Shown: positions 26,576 to 35,827 of the stretch, piece by piece
Position numbering within the stretch: the first letter of the stretch is position 1
Layout: every line of letters begins with the position of its first letter
Source: Thermoproteota archaeon
GTDB taxonomy: Archaea; Korarchaeota; Korarchaeia; Korarchaeales; Korarchaeaceae
Assembly: GCA_027491915.1 (NCBI GenBank)
Contig: JAOZGC010000004.1
Location: 32,001 to 96,000, forward strand
DNA length: 64,000 nt
Reading direction: 5' to 3'
Notes under the pieces: generated by a model
What the model saw: the letters and a program-made list of their open reading frames with translations, nothing else
What the model was told of the DNA's origin: nothing
The model's database searches: none
Position numbers and translations under genes: made by a program

Positions 26576-29500
26576 ATGGCGGCGGCCGACGAGAGTTACT
26601 TCGCCGCGCTGTCCGATGAGATATCGAGGCTCTTCTCCGTGGCCCGTAGGGCCAGGGCAACCGGGAAGGACGTCTCCCTGGACGTCGAGGTGGCCCTCGG
26701 CAACACCCTCCCGGATAGGATCTCCGCCCTGTTCGAATCGGGCGAGATAGGGGAGAGGGTCAGCTACTGGCTGGATCGGGGACTGGACAAGCTGGGGGTG
26801 GCCTTCAGGGTAGCCGGGGAGATAGTGTCGGGGGAGATCCCTGCCTCCCCCCCGGACCGGGAGAGACTTGCCGAGCTCGCCGTCAGGGTGGGCCTGGCCG
26901 TGGTGACCGACGCCACGGTCTCCGCCCCCATAGAGGGGCTCAACTCCGTGAGGATAAAGAGGAGGTCTGGCGGTCCGGAGTACCTGGCCGTCTACTACAA
27001 CGGCCCGATAAGAACGGCCGGAGGTACCGAGGGGGCTGTCAGCGTCCTACTCGCCGACTACGCCAGGCAGAAGCTCGGGATACCACCCTACGAACCCACC
27101 CGGGCTGAGGTGGACAGGTACGTCGAGGAGATCGCCCTCTACAGGAGGGAGGTTCACCTCCAGTACAACTCGACGCCCGAGGAGATAAGGGAGGCGGCCG
27201 GGAACGTCCCGGTCGAGGTGACCGGCCCCCCGACAGAGAGGGTGGAGGTGTCCGCCAACAGGGATCTCCCCGGCGTGGAGTCCAACAGGGTCAGGGGCGG
27301 CGCGATGCTCGTCTTGAACGACTGCATAATCCAGAAGAGGCGCAAACTGGCCAAGATCGTCTCTAGGCTTGAGAGGGAGTTGGACTTCGATGGATCCCGC
27401 TGGAGGTGGTTGTCTCGGGAATCCGGGGGGAGGGGACCCGAGGTCTCCGGATCCGGCTGCCCCGCGGTGGTCCCGTCCTACAAGTACATGAAGGACGCCG
27501 TCGTCGGCCGGCCGGTCCTGGCCCACCCGTCCCGCTCCGGGGGATTCAGACTGAGATACGGGCACGCCAGGAACACCGGCCTGGCCTCCGTGGGGATCCA
27601 CCCCGCCACCATGGTGATCCTCGAGGGTTTCGTCGGCGTCGGCACCCAGGTAAGGATGGAGAGGCCGGGAAAGAGCGCCGTGGTCATGCCGGTGGACTCC
27701 ATAGAGGGGCCTGTGGTTCTGCTCAAGGACGGGACCGTCGTCAGGGTGGACTCGGAGGAGCTCGCCGAGGAGATAGCGGACTCGGTCCAGGAGGTCCTCC
27801 ACCTGGGGGACGTCTTGATCGGTTTCGGGGAGTTCCTGGAGAACAACCACCCCCTGCTGCCCTCGGGGTGGACGGAGGAGTGGTGGGCCGCCGAGGTGGC
27901 GGCCGCCTCGGCCGAGAGGGGGGAGGAGCCTCCGAGGTACGCCCTCCCCCCCTATCCACACCCGAAGGCCGACGAGGCCATAGAGATCAGCCTCAGGCTG
28001 GGGGTCCCCCTCCACCCCAGGTGGACCTACTTTTGGCACGACATAACGGTGCCGGAGCTCGCCCGCCTCGTCTCCGCGCTGGCCGACGGCAGGGTGGAGG
28101 GGGAATCCCTCCTGCTGAGGGGGGACGGGGGAATCAAGGACATACTGGAGAGGCTCGGGGTTCCCCACTCCGTGCGGGACGGGTGGCTGGTGGTGAGCGG
28201 GGACGATTCCAGGGCCCTCCTGGCCTCGCTGGGTGGGGGGGCCAAGACCGTCGACCCGTCGAGGTACGCCGAGAACGACGCCCTGGGCGCCCTGAACGAC
28301 ATATCCCCCTTTAGGATAATGCCCAAGGCCCCCGTCAGGGTGGGAATGAGGGTCGGTCGACCGGAGAAGGCCAAGGCCAGGTCCATGCGGCCGGCCGTGA
28401 ACGCGCTCTTCCCGCTGGGCCTGCTGAAGGGCCACAGCAGGCAGATGTCCGTCGCCCTGAGGGGAGGGGGCACCGTCAGGGTTCAGATAGCCATGAGGAG
28501 GTGCCCCTCGTGCGGGAAGAAGACCCCCCTCTACACGTGCGTCAGGTGCGGCGTCAGGACCGAGAGGCTGCTAAGATGCTCCGTCTGCGGCGCCGAGGTG
28601 CCCGAGGGGGGGAGGTGTCCCTCCCACCCGGCGGCCCCCCTGTTATCCCGGTCGGAGGAGACGCTGGACGTGAGGTCCGTGCTGTCGGAGGCTGCGGAGG
28701 ACCTGGGGGGGAAGTTCCACGCCAACGACGTCAGGGGGGTCAAGAAGCTTATGAACGCATCCGCCTCGCCGGAGCCGCTCCAGAAGGCGCTGATCAGATC
28801 CTCCAGGGGGCTCTTCATATTCAAGGACGGGACGATACGGTTCGACGCCACCAACGCCTCCCTGACCCACTTCCGCCCCTCGGAGGTTGGGACCCCCCTG
28901 GAGAAGCTGAGGGAGATGGGTTACCGGACGGACTACCTGGGGAACCCGCTGGAGAGGGAGGACCAGCTCCTGGAGCTCAAGGTCCAAGACGTCGTACTCC
29001 CCCGGTCGGCGGCCGAGTACCTCTACAAGGTGTCCAAATACGTGGACGACCTGCTGGAGCACTTCTACGGCCTGCCTAGGTACTACAACCTGGAGTCGCC
29101 GGACGACCTGGTCGGGCACGTGGTATTCACGATCTCCCCCCACACCTTCGTCGCCAACGCGGCCAGGGTGATCGGCTTCACGGACGCGGACGTCGCCTTC
29201 GCCCACCCCTACCTCCACGCCGCCAAGAGGAGGAACGTGGACGGGGATGAAGACTCCTTCATACTCGGCCTCGAGTGCCTGCTGGACTTCTCCAGGGAGT
29301 ACCTCCCCTCCACCCCCGGGGGCAGGGAGGACGCCCCGATGATACTCGTGGGTCGGCTGGACCTTGGGTACATAGACGACGAGTGCTACAACATAGAGGT
29401 GGTCGACTCCTACCCGGAGGAGTTCTTCAGGGCGACCTGGAGGTACGCCGATCCGTCTGATTTGGAGGGCGCCGTTATCGAGACCGTCGGGACCGCCCTC

Positions 29501-30100
29501 TCCAAGGGGGAGAGGTATCCCTCCATAGGGTTCACCGCCTGGGTGACGGACATAGCCGCGGGGCCGCTGGTCTCGGCCTACAGGAGCCTCAACTCCATGG
29601 TGGAGAAGCTGGAAAGGCACGTGGAGCTGGAGAAGAAGATAAGGGCAGTCGACCCGGAGGACGCCATCAGGAGGGCCATGTCGGCCCACTTCCTCAGGGA
29701 CATAGCTGGGAACCTCAGGAGGTTCGGGTCCCAGGAGTTCAGGTGCGTCAAGTGTAACGCCAGGTACAGGAGGCCTCCACTGTCGGGCAGGTGCCCAAAG
29801 TGCGGCGGAGACCTCGTCCTCACCATATACCCCAAGTCCGCGGTGAAGTACCTCGAGCCGACCAAGTCCATACTCAAAAGGTACAGGCTCGAGGGGTACG
29901 TCCTCCAGAGGGTCAACTTGCTGGAGGAGGAGTCCAGGTCGGTCTTCAAGGGGATTCTCGGCCCGAGCTCCACGGAGCTTGATCTCGGGGCCGCCGGTCT
30001 GGCTGGGGAGGGGGGCGGGGAAGCGGCCCGCGGGGGCGGCGAATCCCGGCGGGAAGGGGGTAAAACTTCTCGGACCCCGAGCCTGCTGGATTTCCTGTGA
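26576..30100 (+). CDS. polC: DNA polymerase D large subunit DP2
   Basis: GPIRTAGGT, GGFRLRYG, RVGRPEKA, FKDGTIRFD, KRRNVDGDED, C-terminal Zn finger and PIP-like SLLDFL; no intein evident. Confidence 0.97.
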   Translation: MAAADESYFAALSDEISRLFSVARRARATGKDVSLDVEVALGNTLPDRISALFESGEIGERVSYWLDRGLDKLGVAFRVAGEIVSGEIPASPPDRERLAELAVRVGLAVVTDATVSAPIEGLNSVRIKRRSGGPEYLAVYYNGPIRTAGGTEGAVSVLLADYARQKLGIPPYEPTRAEVDRYVEEIALYRREVHLQYNSTPEEIREAAGNVPVEVTGPPTERVEVSANRDLPGVESNRVRGGAMLVLNDCIIQKRRKLAKIVSRLERELDFDGSRWRWLSRESGGRGPEVSGSGCPAVVPSYKYMKDAVVGRPVLAHPSRSGGFRLRYGHARNTGLASVGIHPATMVILEGFVGVGTQVRMERPGKSAVVMPVDSIEGPVVLLKDGTVVRVDSEELAEEIADSVQEVLHLGDVLIGFGEFLENNHPLLPSGWTEEWWAAEVAAASAERGEEPPRYALPPYPHPKADEAIEISLRLGVPLHPRWTYFWHDITVPELARLVSALADGRVEGESLLLRGDGGIKDILERLGVPHSVRDGWLVVSGDDSRALLASLGGGAKTVDPSRYAENDALGALNDISPFRIMPKAPVRVGMRVGRPEKAKARSMRPAVNALFPLGLLKGHSRQMSVALRGGGTVRVQIAMRRCPSCGKKTPLYTCVRCGVRTERLLRCSVCGAEVPEGGRCPSHPAAPLLSRSEETLDVRSVLSEAAEDLGGKFHANDVRGVKKLMNASASPEPLQKALIRSSRGLFIFKDGTIRFDATNASLTHFRPSEVGTPLEKLREMGYRTDYLGNPLEREDQLLELKVQDVVLPRSAAEYLYKVSKYVDDLLEHFYGLPRYYNLESPDDLVGHVVFTISPHTFVANAARVIGFTDADVAFAHPYLHAAKRRNVDGDEDSFILGLECLLDFSREYLPSTPGGREDAPMILVGRLDLGYIDDECYNIEVVDSYPEEFFRATWRYADPSDLEGAVIETVGTALSKGERYPSIGFTAWVTDIAAGPLVSAYRSLNSMVEKLERHVELEKKIRAVDPEDAIRRAMSAHFLRDIAGNLRRFGSQEFRCVKCNARYRRPPLSGRCPKCGGDLVLTIYPKSAVKYLEPTKSILKRYRLEGYVLQRVNLLEEESRSVFKGILGPSSTELDLGAAGLAGEGGGEAARGGGESRREGGKTSRTPSLLDFL

Positions 30101-30435
30101 TGGGGGGCGATGTCCGGGTGAACCTGGTTCCCATATCCATGGTGACCGAGAGGGACAGGAGGGTGGCGATCGTCGGGGTGGTGATCGAGTCGGCCGAGAA
30201 CTACCTGGTGCTGGAGGACTACACCGGCAGGGCAAAGGTCTACTACGACGACTCCCCCTCCTTCCCCCCGAAGAGGATAGCCCTGGTCGTGGGGGTGGCC
30301 ATGTCGACCGCCGGCGAGGTCAAGGAGGTGCAGGCCGACGCCGTCGCGGACATAACCGGGATCGACCTGAACCTGCTCAAGCAAACCCTAAAATTAAGGG
30401 CGGACGCGGCGGCCCTGGGATACGGGAGAGGATGA
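30097..30435 (+). CDS. Small OB-fold protein, RPA3/RPA14-like
   Basis: RVAIVGVV..LEDYTGRAKV..VVG..QADAVADITGIDL pattern resembles the Thermococcales RPA small subunit. Confidence 0.6.
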   Translation: MMGGDVRVNLVPISMVTERDRRVAIVGVVIESAENYLVLEDYTGRAKVYYDDSPSFPPKRIALVVGVAMSTAGEVKEVQADAVADITGIDLNLLKQTLKLRADAAALGYGRG

Positions 30436-30437
30436 GG

Positions 30438-31193
30438 ATGGCCGAGTTCTCTCTGTCGCTGGAGGATCCGAAGCTCATCAAGAGCGTCGTCGAGTCCATC
30501 GAGTCCCTGGTCGAGGAGGCGTCCATAAAGGTCGACCCTGAGGAGGGATTCGCCGTCCGTGCCCTCGAAACGGCGAAGACCGCGCTGGTTCAGGTGCTGC
30601 TGCCTAGGGAGGTTTTCTCCAAGTTCGAGGTCCCGGAGAGGAGGTTCTTCGGGGTGAACTTCACCGAGCTCGCCAGGCTCCTGAAGAGGGCCAAGCCGAG
30701 CGACGTGGTCCACCTGGAGATCGAGGGGACCACCATGGCCGTCAGGCTAGTCGGGGACTACACCAGGAGGTTCACGATGAGGCTCTACGGGGGAGAGGAG
30801 TTCGAGCTCAGGCCTCTGAACGTGAACTTCACGGCGGGGGCGAGGATAGTGAGCTCCGAGTTCCCCAGGATAGTCCAGGACCTGAAGGTCAAGGGGAGCG
30901 AGGTGACCCTCTCCATAGACCGGGAGTCCGTCAGGTTCTCCGCGGGGGCGGAGGGGGGAGAGGGGGAGATAAGCCTGCCGAGGGACTCCCCCGTGGTGCT
31001 GGACATATGGGTTGACGAGCCGGCCAGGTCCATGTACAGCCTCGCCTTCCTGGAGAAGATGGTGAAGCCGGCGGCCATCTCAGATGAGCTATCCATTCAG
31101 CTGGCCTCCGACAAGCCTCTTAAGCTCTTCTACGCCCTGCCAGGATTCTCCAAGGCGGGGGTGACCTACTACCTGGCCAACCTGTCGCTGTGA
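30438..31193 (+). CDS. pcn: DNA polymerase sliding clamp PCNA
   Basis: LVEEASIKV..ALV..LP..F..F, YSLAFLEKM, DKPLKL, YYLA; about 250 aa. Confidence 0.93.
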   Translation: MAEFSLSLEDPKLIKSVVESIESLVEEASIKVDPEEGFAVRALETAKTALVQVLLPREVFSKFEVPERRFFGVNFTELARLLKRAKPSDVVHLEIEGTTMAVRLVGDYTRRFTMRLYGGEEFELRPLNVNFTAGARIVSSEFPRIVQDLKVKGSEVTLSIDRESVRFSAGAEGGEGEISLPRDSPVVLDIWVDEPARSMYSLAFLEKMVKPAAISDELSIQLASDKPLKLFYALPGFSKAGVTYYLANLSL

Positions 31194-31209
31194 GGGAAAG
31201 GATCGGCAG

Positions 31210-32190
31210 ATGGCCTCTCCATGGGCCCGGCGGGGCGGCCTGGCGTGGAAGTACCCCTTCTCTCGGTGGGGCAGGGAGGTAGTGGAGGCCGCCGGACTGG
31301 AGATCTCCGACCTGGCCTACGACCCGCTCCTCGAGCCGGCCAGGAGGGGGGCCCGCCGCAGGCTGGCCGCGGCCGTGGGCGGGAGGGTGTACCTGGGGGA
31401 GGGGTCCTGGACACCCGAGGTGGCCGTTGCGTCCTACCTGACCGCCAGGCTGATAGTCGGAAGGATCTCCGACCCCTACCTCGGGAGGCTCTTCGGGGAG
31501 CACGAGGGCAAGCGGTTCTACGCCCTGGCCTCGGATGAGGATCCGGACGTCCTCTCCTCCCTGGCCGACGATCTGGAGGTCGACTCGGAGAGGGACGGCC
31601 TCCTCTGGGGCGTGGCCCTGGCCGACTACCTCCCCCTGGCCCGGAGGATCAGCGGATCCAGGTGGAGGCTGGTCAACGCGGACGTGAGGCGGGGCCGGGT
31701 GTGGGTCCGCCGGAGGGGGTTCGTCAGGATCCTCCAGGAGGCGGTGAGGGACAGGACCTCGGAGGCCCCAGATCCGGGTCCCCTGCCCCCTCCCCTCGAC
31801 GAGGCGGCCGCGGATGTCGCCGCCATGCTGAGGGAGAGGTCGGCCCGAGCCAGGAGGAAGTCCGGCGCCCCGGGCGGCTTCCCCCCCTGCGTCGTCGACC
31901 TCCTGGACAGGGTGAGGAGGGGGGAGAACCTGAGCCACCTGGAGAGGTTCACGCTGGCCGCCTACCTGCTCAGGGTGGGGTGGTCCGAGGGGGAGGTTAT
32001 CGACCTCTTCAGGGCGTCGCCCGACTTCAACGAGAGGGTGGCCTCCTACCAGGTGAGGCACATAGCCTCCAAGGGCTACAGCCCCCCGGGGTGCGAGAGG
32101 CTGAGGGAGTGGGGGATATGCCGGGCGGACTGCGGCCTCAGATCTCCCCTCCAGTTCGGAAGGAGGGCGAGAAAGGTTGAGGGCCGTTGA
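31210..32190 (+). CDS. priL: DNA primase large subunit
   Basis: KYPF; FPPC..LSHLERF..YQVRHI..YSPPGC..GIC..C Fe-S C-terminal domain. Confidence 0.92.
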   Translation: MASPWARRGGLAWKYPFSRWGREVVEAAGLEISDLAYDPLLEPARRGARRRLAAAVGGRVYLGEGSWTPEVAVASYLTARLIVGRISDPYLGRLFGEHEGKRFYALASDEDPDVLSSLADDLEVDSERDGLLWGVALADYLPLARRISGSRWRLVNADVRRGRVWVRRRGFVRILQEAVRDRTSEAPDPGPLPPPLDEAAADVAAMLRERSARARRKSGAPGGFPPCVVDLLDRVRRGENLSHLERFTLAAYLLRVGWSEGEVIDLFRASPDFNERVASYQVRHIASKGYSPPGCERLREWGICRADCGLRSPLQFGRRARKVEGR

Positions 32191-33370
32191 GGAGGCTTTC
32201 TCCAGGTACTACCGGAGGCACTCTGCCTCCATCTACGTGCCAGAGGTGGAGAGGCGGGAGATAATGCTGATGTCCTTCGGCGGGGGCGTCCTGAGGCACC
32301 TCTCCTTCCGGAGCCAGCAGGCCCTCAGGGACGCGCTCGTGAGGGAGAATCCCATGCACGCCTACCACTCGGTCGCCAGCTACCGCAATCCGGGGAGTCC
32401 CGAGATGAGGGAGAAGGGAATCCTGGACGCAGACCTGCTCTTCGACGTGGACGCCGACGAGCTGCCTGATCCGAGGTGCTCCGAGGGCCTCGCCTGGTTT
32501 TGCGGGGACTGCGGGGAATCGGGGGAGGGGCCGGCCCCGCCCTCCTGCCCCGGCTGCGGGGGGGCGCCGAAGACGCTGTCCTGGCCCACCGAGGGCTGCC
32601 TGGAGGCGGCCAAGGAGCACGCCCTGAGGGTGATCGACGCGGCGCTGGGCGACCTGGGCGCCGAGAGGGTGTCCGTCTCGTTCACGGGTCACAGGGGTTA
32701 CCACGTGGCGGTCGGCCTCGGGGGGGAGAAGCCCCTGCTCGGAGGTTTCGAGAGGATGGAGGTCGCCCGGCTCGTGTCGGGGCGGGGGATAGACCCCTCC
32801 GAGCTTGTCAGGGTGGAGGGGTCGACGGGCGCGTTGAGGGTCCCGACCGTGGGGGAGGGTGGGTGGAGGGGCAGGTACGCCAGGCTGCTCCGGTCCGTGC
32901 TGGAGGGGGATCCCCCCGAGTGGGTGTCCGAGTCGGAGGTCTCCCGCGTCTCCGCGATACCCGGCCTGCGCGCGGCCCTCTCCTCCGGTTACGCGGCGGG
33001 TCCCGTGGGGAAGAAGACCGTTGAATTGCTGAGGAGGATGGTGGTCGAACTCGTCGAGTTCTCCGGGGCCGTTATAGACGAACAGGTCACCGGGGACCCC
33101 CAGAGGATGACCAGGATACCAAACAGCCTGCACGGCAAGACGGGCCTCAGGGCGGTCCCCCTGTCTCCGGACGGGATCAGGTCCTTCAGGCCGCTCAGGG
33201 ACGCCGTGGCCCTGGACGGGGAGGAGGTGACCGTGGAGGTCAGGGTCCCGGTGCCGAGGTTCAGGCTGGGCGGCGAGGGCTTCGGCCCCCTCTCGCCGGG
33301 GGACTCGGTCAGGCTCCCGGCCTACGCCGCCGCCATGATAATTCTGAGGGGGAGGGGTGTGGAGGCTTGA
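32177..33370 (+). CDS. priS: DNA primase small (catalytic) subunit
   Basis: YHSVASY, DLLFDVDAD, FTGHRGYH, IDEQVTGD..R..R.PNSLHGKTG and a Zn insert. Confidence 0.95.
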   Translation: MRAVEEAFSRYYRRHSASIYVPEVERREIMLMSFGGGVLRHLSFRSQQALRDALVRENPMHAYHSVASYRNPGSPEMREKGILDADLLFDVDADELPDPRCSEGLAWFCGDCGESGEGPAPPSCPGCGGAPKTLSWPTEGCLEAAKEHALRVIDAALGDLGAERVSVSFTGHRGYHVAVGLGGEKPLLGGFERMEVARLVSGRGIDPSELVRVEGSTGALRVPTVGEGGWRGRYARLLRSVLEGDPPEWVSESEVSRVSAIPGLRAALSSGYAAGPVGKKTVELLRRMVVELVEFSGAVIDEQVTGDPQRMTRIPNSLHGKTGLRAVPLSPDGIRSFRPLRDAVALDGEEVTVEVRVPVPRFRLGGEGFGPLSPGDSVRLPAYAAAMIILRGRGVEA

Positions 33371-33957
33371 GGTCCGGGTCAGGATCCGGGGGAGACCGGG
33401 AGGAGGGGGGAGGGGCGGAGGATCACCCCTACACCCGGCTCGTGGAGGCCTGGCTCAGGGAGCTCTCCAGCGGGGAGATTCAGCCGCTGCCCGACTCCTT
33501 CTGGGAGGACCTCGAATCCTGGTTCTCCGACCTGAGGTCGGAGGTCGAGTCGGGCGGCCCCCTATCCCGCCTGGCGGCCGAGGCCCTGGAGATCTGCGGG
33601 GAGGTGGCCGAGAGGCTGAGGTTCCTGAGGTCCCTCAAGGAGGCCGCCGGCCGAGGCGAGATTCCCGCGGCCTCCGCGTCCCCGGGGGCCGCCGGGCGGG
33701 AACCGTCGGAGGGAGTCGGCGGGGGTCGGACCCCGGCCCCGGAGGCCGCGCCCCCCGGGCCGGCGGTCCCGCCGCGGGTCGGGGGATCGGTCCTAGTAAT
33801 CTTTAAAACGGCCGTTCCGAAGTTCGTCGGGCGCGACCTCAACGTGTACGGTCCGTTCAGGGAGGGGGATCTGGCGCTCCTTCCGAGGGAGGACGCGGAG
33901 ACCCTCTCCTCGGGCGGGGCGGCGGAGGTGATCGAGGGAGATGAAGGTTCCGGCTAG
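33367..33957 (+). CDS. GINS complex protein (Gins51/Gins15 type)
   Basis: Helical N-terminus plus C-terminal B-domain VPKFVGRDLNVYGPFREGDLALLP; conserved priS-GINS context. Confidence 0.85.
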   Translation: MRSGSGSGGDREEGGGAEDHPYTRLVEAWLRELSSGEIQPLPDSFWEDLESWFSDLRSEVESGGPLSRLAAEALEICGEVAERLRFLRSLKEAAGRGEIPAASASPGAAGREPSEGVGGGRTPAPEAAPPGPAVPPRVGGSVLVIFKTAVPKFVGRDLNVYGPFREGDLALLPREDAETLSSGGAAEVIEGDEGSG

Positions 33958-34219
33958 GATCAACACGTACTGCCCGAGGTGCGGGCGCCACACCGAGCAC
34001 AAGGTCTCCCTGTACAAGGCGGGGAGGCCCAGGGAGGACTCCTGGGGTCAGAGGCAGCTCGCCAGGAAGAGGAGAGGTTACGGCGGGGAGCCGAGGGGCA
34101 AGCTCAGGAGGAAGGCCAAGGTCACGAAGAAGGCCGTGATAATCCTCACCTGCGTCGAGTGCGGGAGGAAGGTCTCCAGGAACCTCGGCAGGCTCAGCAG
34201 GGTGGAGGTGATCAGGTGA
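33941..34219 (+). CDS. rpl44e: 50S ribosomal protein eL42 (L44e)
   Basis: [27 protein letters not shown]. Confidence 0.96.
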   Translation: MKVPARINTYCPRCGRHTEHKVSLYKAGRPREDSWGQRQLARKRRGYGGEPRGKLRRKAKVTKKAVIILTCVECGRKVSRNLGRLSRVEVIR

Positions 34220-34455
34220 GCGCCGAGAGGCCGAGGAAGAGGTTGATACCCCTCCCCAAGTCCTACTTCATCAGGGTGAGGTGCGCCAGCTGCGGGAACG
34301 AGCAGGTGATCTTCTCCCACGCCTCCAGGGTGGTCAGGTGCCACATATGCGACGAGGTCCTGGCGGAGCCCACGGGTGGGAGGGCCAGGCTGACCGACAG
34401 GGCCGCGGTCATGGCCGTCTACGGGAGGTTCGCCGAGCGGGAGGGGGCGGTCTGA
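34216..34455 (+). CDS. rps27e: 30S ribosomal protein eS27
   Basis: [33 protein letters not shown]. Confidence 0.95.
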   Translation: MSAERPRKRLIPLPKSYFIRVRCASCGNEQVIFSHASRVVRCHICDEVLAEPTGGRARLTDRAAVMAVYGRFAEREGAV

Positions 34456-34456
34456 C

Positions 34457-35263
34457 TTGCCCAGGGACTTCCCGCGGCGGAACGACCTGGTGGTGGCCAC
34501 CGTCCTCAGGGTCGAGGAGCACGGGGTCGTCGTCTCCCTGGACGAGTACAGGGGGCTGCAGGGGTACATCCCCCGCGGGCACGTGGCCTCCGGGCGGATA
34601 AAGGACATCAGGGACTTCGTCCGGGAGGGAGACAGGGTAGTCGGCCGGGTCATAAGGGCCGACAGGTCCAAGGGACACGTGGACCTCTCCCTCAGGTACG
34701 TCAGCAGGGAGCAGGCTCGCAGGAAGCTCGAGGAGTGGAAGGAGAGGTCCAGAATAGTATCCCTGCTCAGGGTGGCCGCCTCTAGGGCCGGGAGCCCCGA
34801 CCCCGAGGGGGACGCCGTCAGGGCCTGGGAGACCCTGGAGGAGGCGGCCGGCGACGTGGTGGGGATCCTGGAGGAGGCCGCGGAGGAGGGGGCCGGCGTC
34901 CTGACGGACGCGGGGCTCCCGCCGAAGGTGGCCGAGGAGCTGCTGGCCCTGGTCAGGGAGCACTTCAAGCCGCCCCTCTACGAGAACCAGGTCCTGCTCA
35001 GGCTCTTCGTCCCGACCTCCGACGGGATCGAGGCCATAAGGTCGGCCCTCGGCGGCGCCGAGAGGTACAACTCGGACAAGGTCAGGGTTGAGGCCTTCTC
35101 CGCCGGGGCCCCCAGGTACGTGCTCAAGGTGTACAGCACGGACCCGACCTCGGTCAAGAGGACCACCACCCTGGCGGTCAAGAGGGTGCTGGAGGAGGTC
35201 AGGAGGGCGGGGGGGGTCGGGGAGGTGGTGGGCCAACGGGAGTCCAAGAGGAGGGCCGCCTGA
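34457..35263 (+). CDS. eif2a: Translation initiation factor 2 alpha subunit
   Basis: S1 domain (LDEY, KGHVDLSLR), GAPRY; canonical L44e-S27e-eIF2a-nop10 order. Confidence 0.93.
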   Translation: MPRDFPRRNDLVVATVLRVEEHGVVVSLDEYRGLQGYIPRGHVASGRIKDIRDFVREGDRVVGRVIRADRSKGHVDLSLRYVSREQARRKLEEWKERSRIVSLLRVAASRAGSPDPEGDAVRAWETLEEAAGDVVGILEEAAEEGAGVLTDAGLPPKVAEELLALVREHFKPPLYENQVLLRLFVPTSDGIEAIRSALGGAERYNSDKVRVEAFSAGAPRYVLKVYSTDPTSVKRTTTLAVKRVLEEVRRAGGVGEVVGQRESKRRAA

Positions 35264-35304
35264 CCGGGACCGAGAGGCCCTCCGGCCGATCCGGGGTCCC
35301 CAAG

Positions 35305-35436
35305 ATGCTCAGGTGCCCCCGCTGCTGGACCTACACCTTCTCCGAAATCTGCCCGAACTGCGGGGCCGAGACGGCCGACCCGGCCCCACCGGACTTCAAC
35401 CCCAGGGCGCCGGCCGACCCGGGTCGGCGGGGGTGA
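35305..35436 (+). CDS. nop10: H/ACA RNP protein Nop10 (43 aa from ATG; possible CTG start at 35260)
   Basis: Manual translation MLRCPRCWTYTFSEICPNCGAETADPAPPDFNPRAPADPGRRG*; position directly after eIF2a. Confidence 0.85.
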   Translation: MLRCPRCWTYTFSEICPNCGAETADPAPPDFNPRAPADPGRRG

Positions 35437-35456
35437 GGTCGTCCCCCCGCAGGGAG

Positions 35457-35529
35457 AGCCCCGGGCGGGACTCGAACCCGCGGCCTGCGGATTACAAGTC
35501 CGCCGCTCCGCCTGCTGAGCTACCGGGGC
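35457..35529 (-). tRNA. tRNA-Thr(TGT)
   Basis: Full cloverleaf: GCCCCGG acceptor stem, GCGGA-CTTGTAA-TCCGC anticodon arm, GGTTCGAGTCC T-arm; no encoded CCA. Confidence 0.96.
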
Positions 35530-35639
35530 GCGGCGCCGGGCGCCGACCCGCTTATGAAGTTTCCCCGGGGCCCGCGGCTTCGGCGCAGGTCGAAGGCGGC
35601 GCCGGCCGACGACTAGGTCCAAGACTTTGATCCCACCTC

Positions 35640-35827
35640 TAAACGTTCTGAGACGTTCTAACGCCGATAGAAACGATCGCTTTTGAAAGAGGGGAATATC
35701 CAGAATTATCGGGCCCTCATACAACGTTCTGAAACGATTTCAATGGCAACGCATAAATACGTCCGGGCGGGCTGCCGCGAAGCCCCTTAGCCCGGCCCGA
35801 GCCGGGCGCGAGGGGGAGTGTGAAAGC
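35640..35827 (+). promoter_or_regulatory. S-layer gene promoter region with repeated motifs, TATA-like box and 5'-UTR hairpin
   Basis: AACGTTCTGA(G/A)ACG at 35642 and 35723; CATAAATA at 35752-35759; GCCCGGC-CCGA-GCCGGGC hairpin at 35790-35807. Confidence 0.6.
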
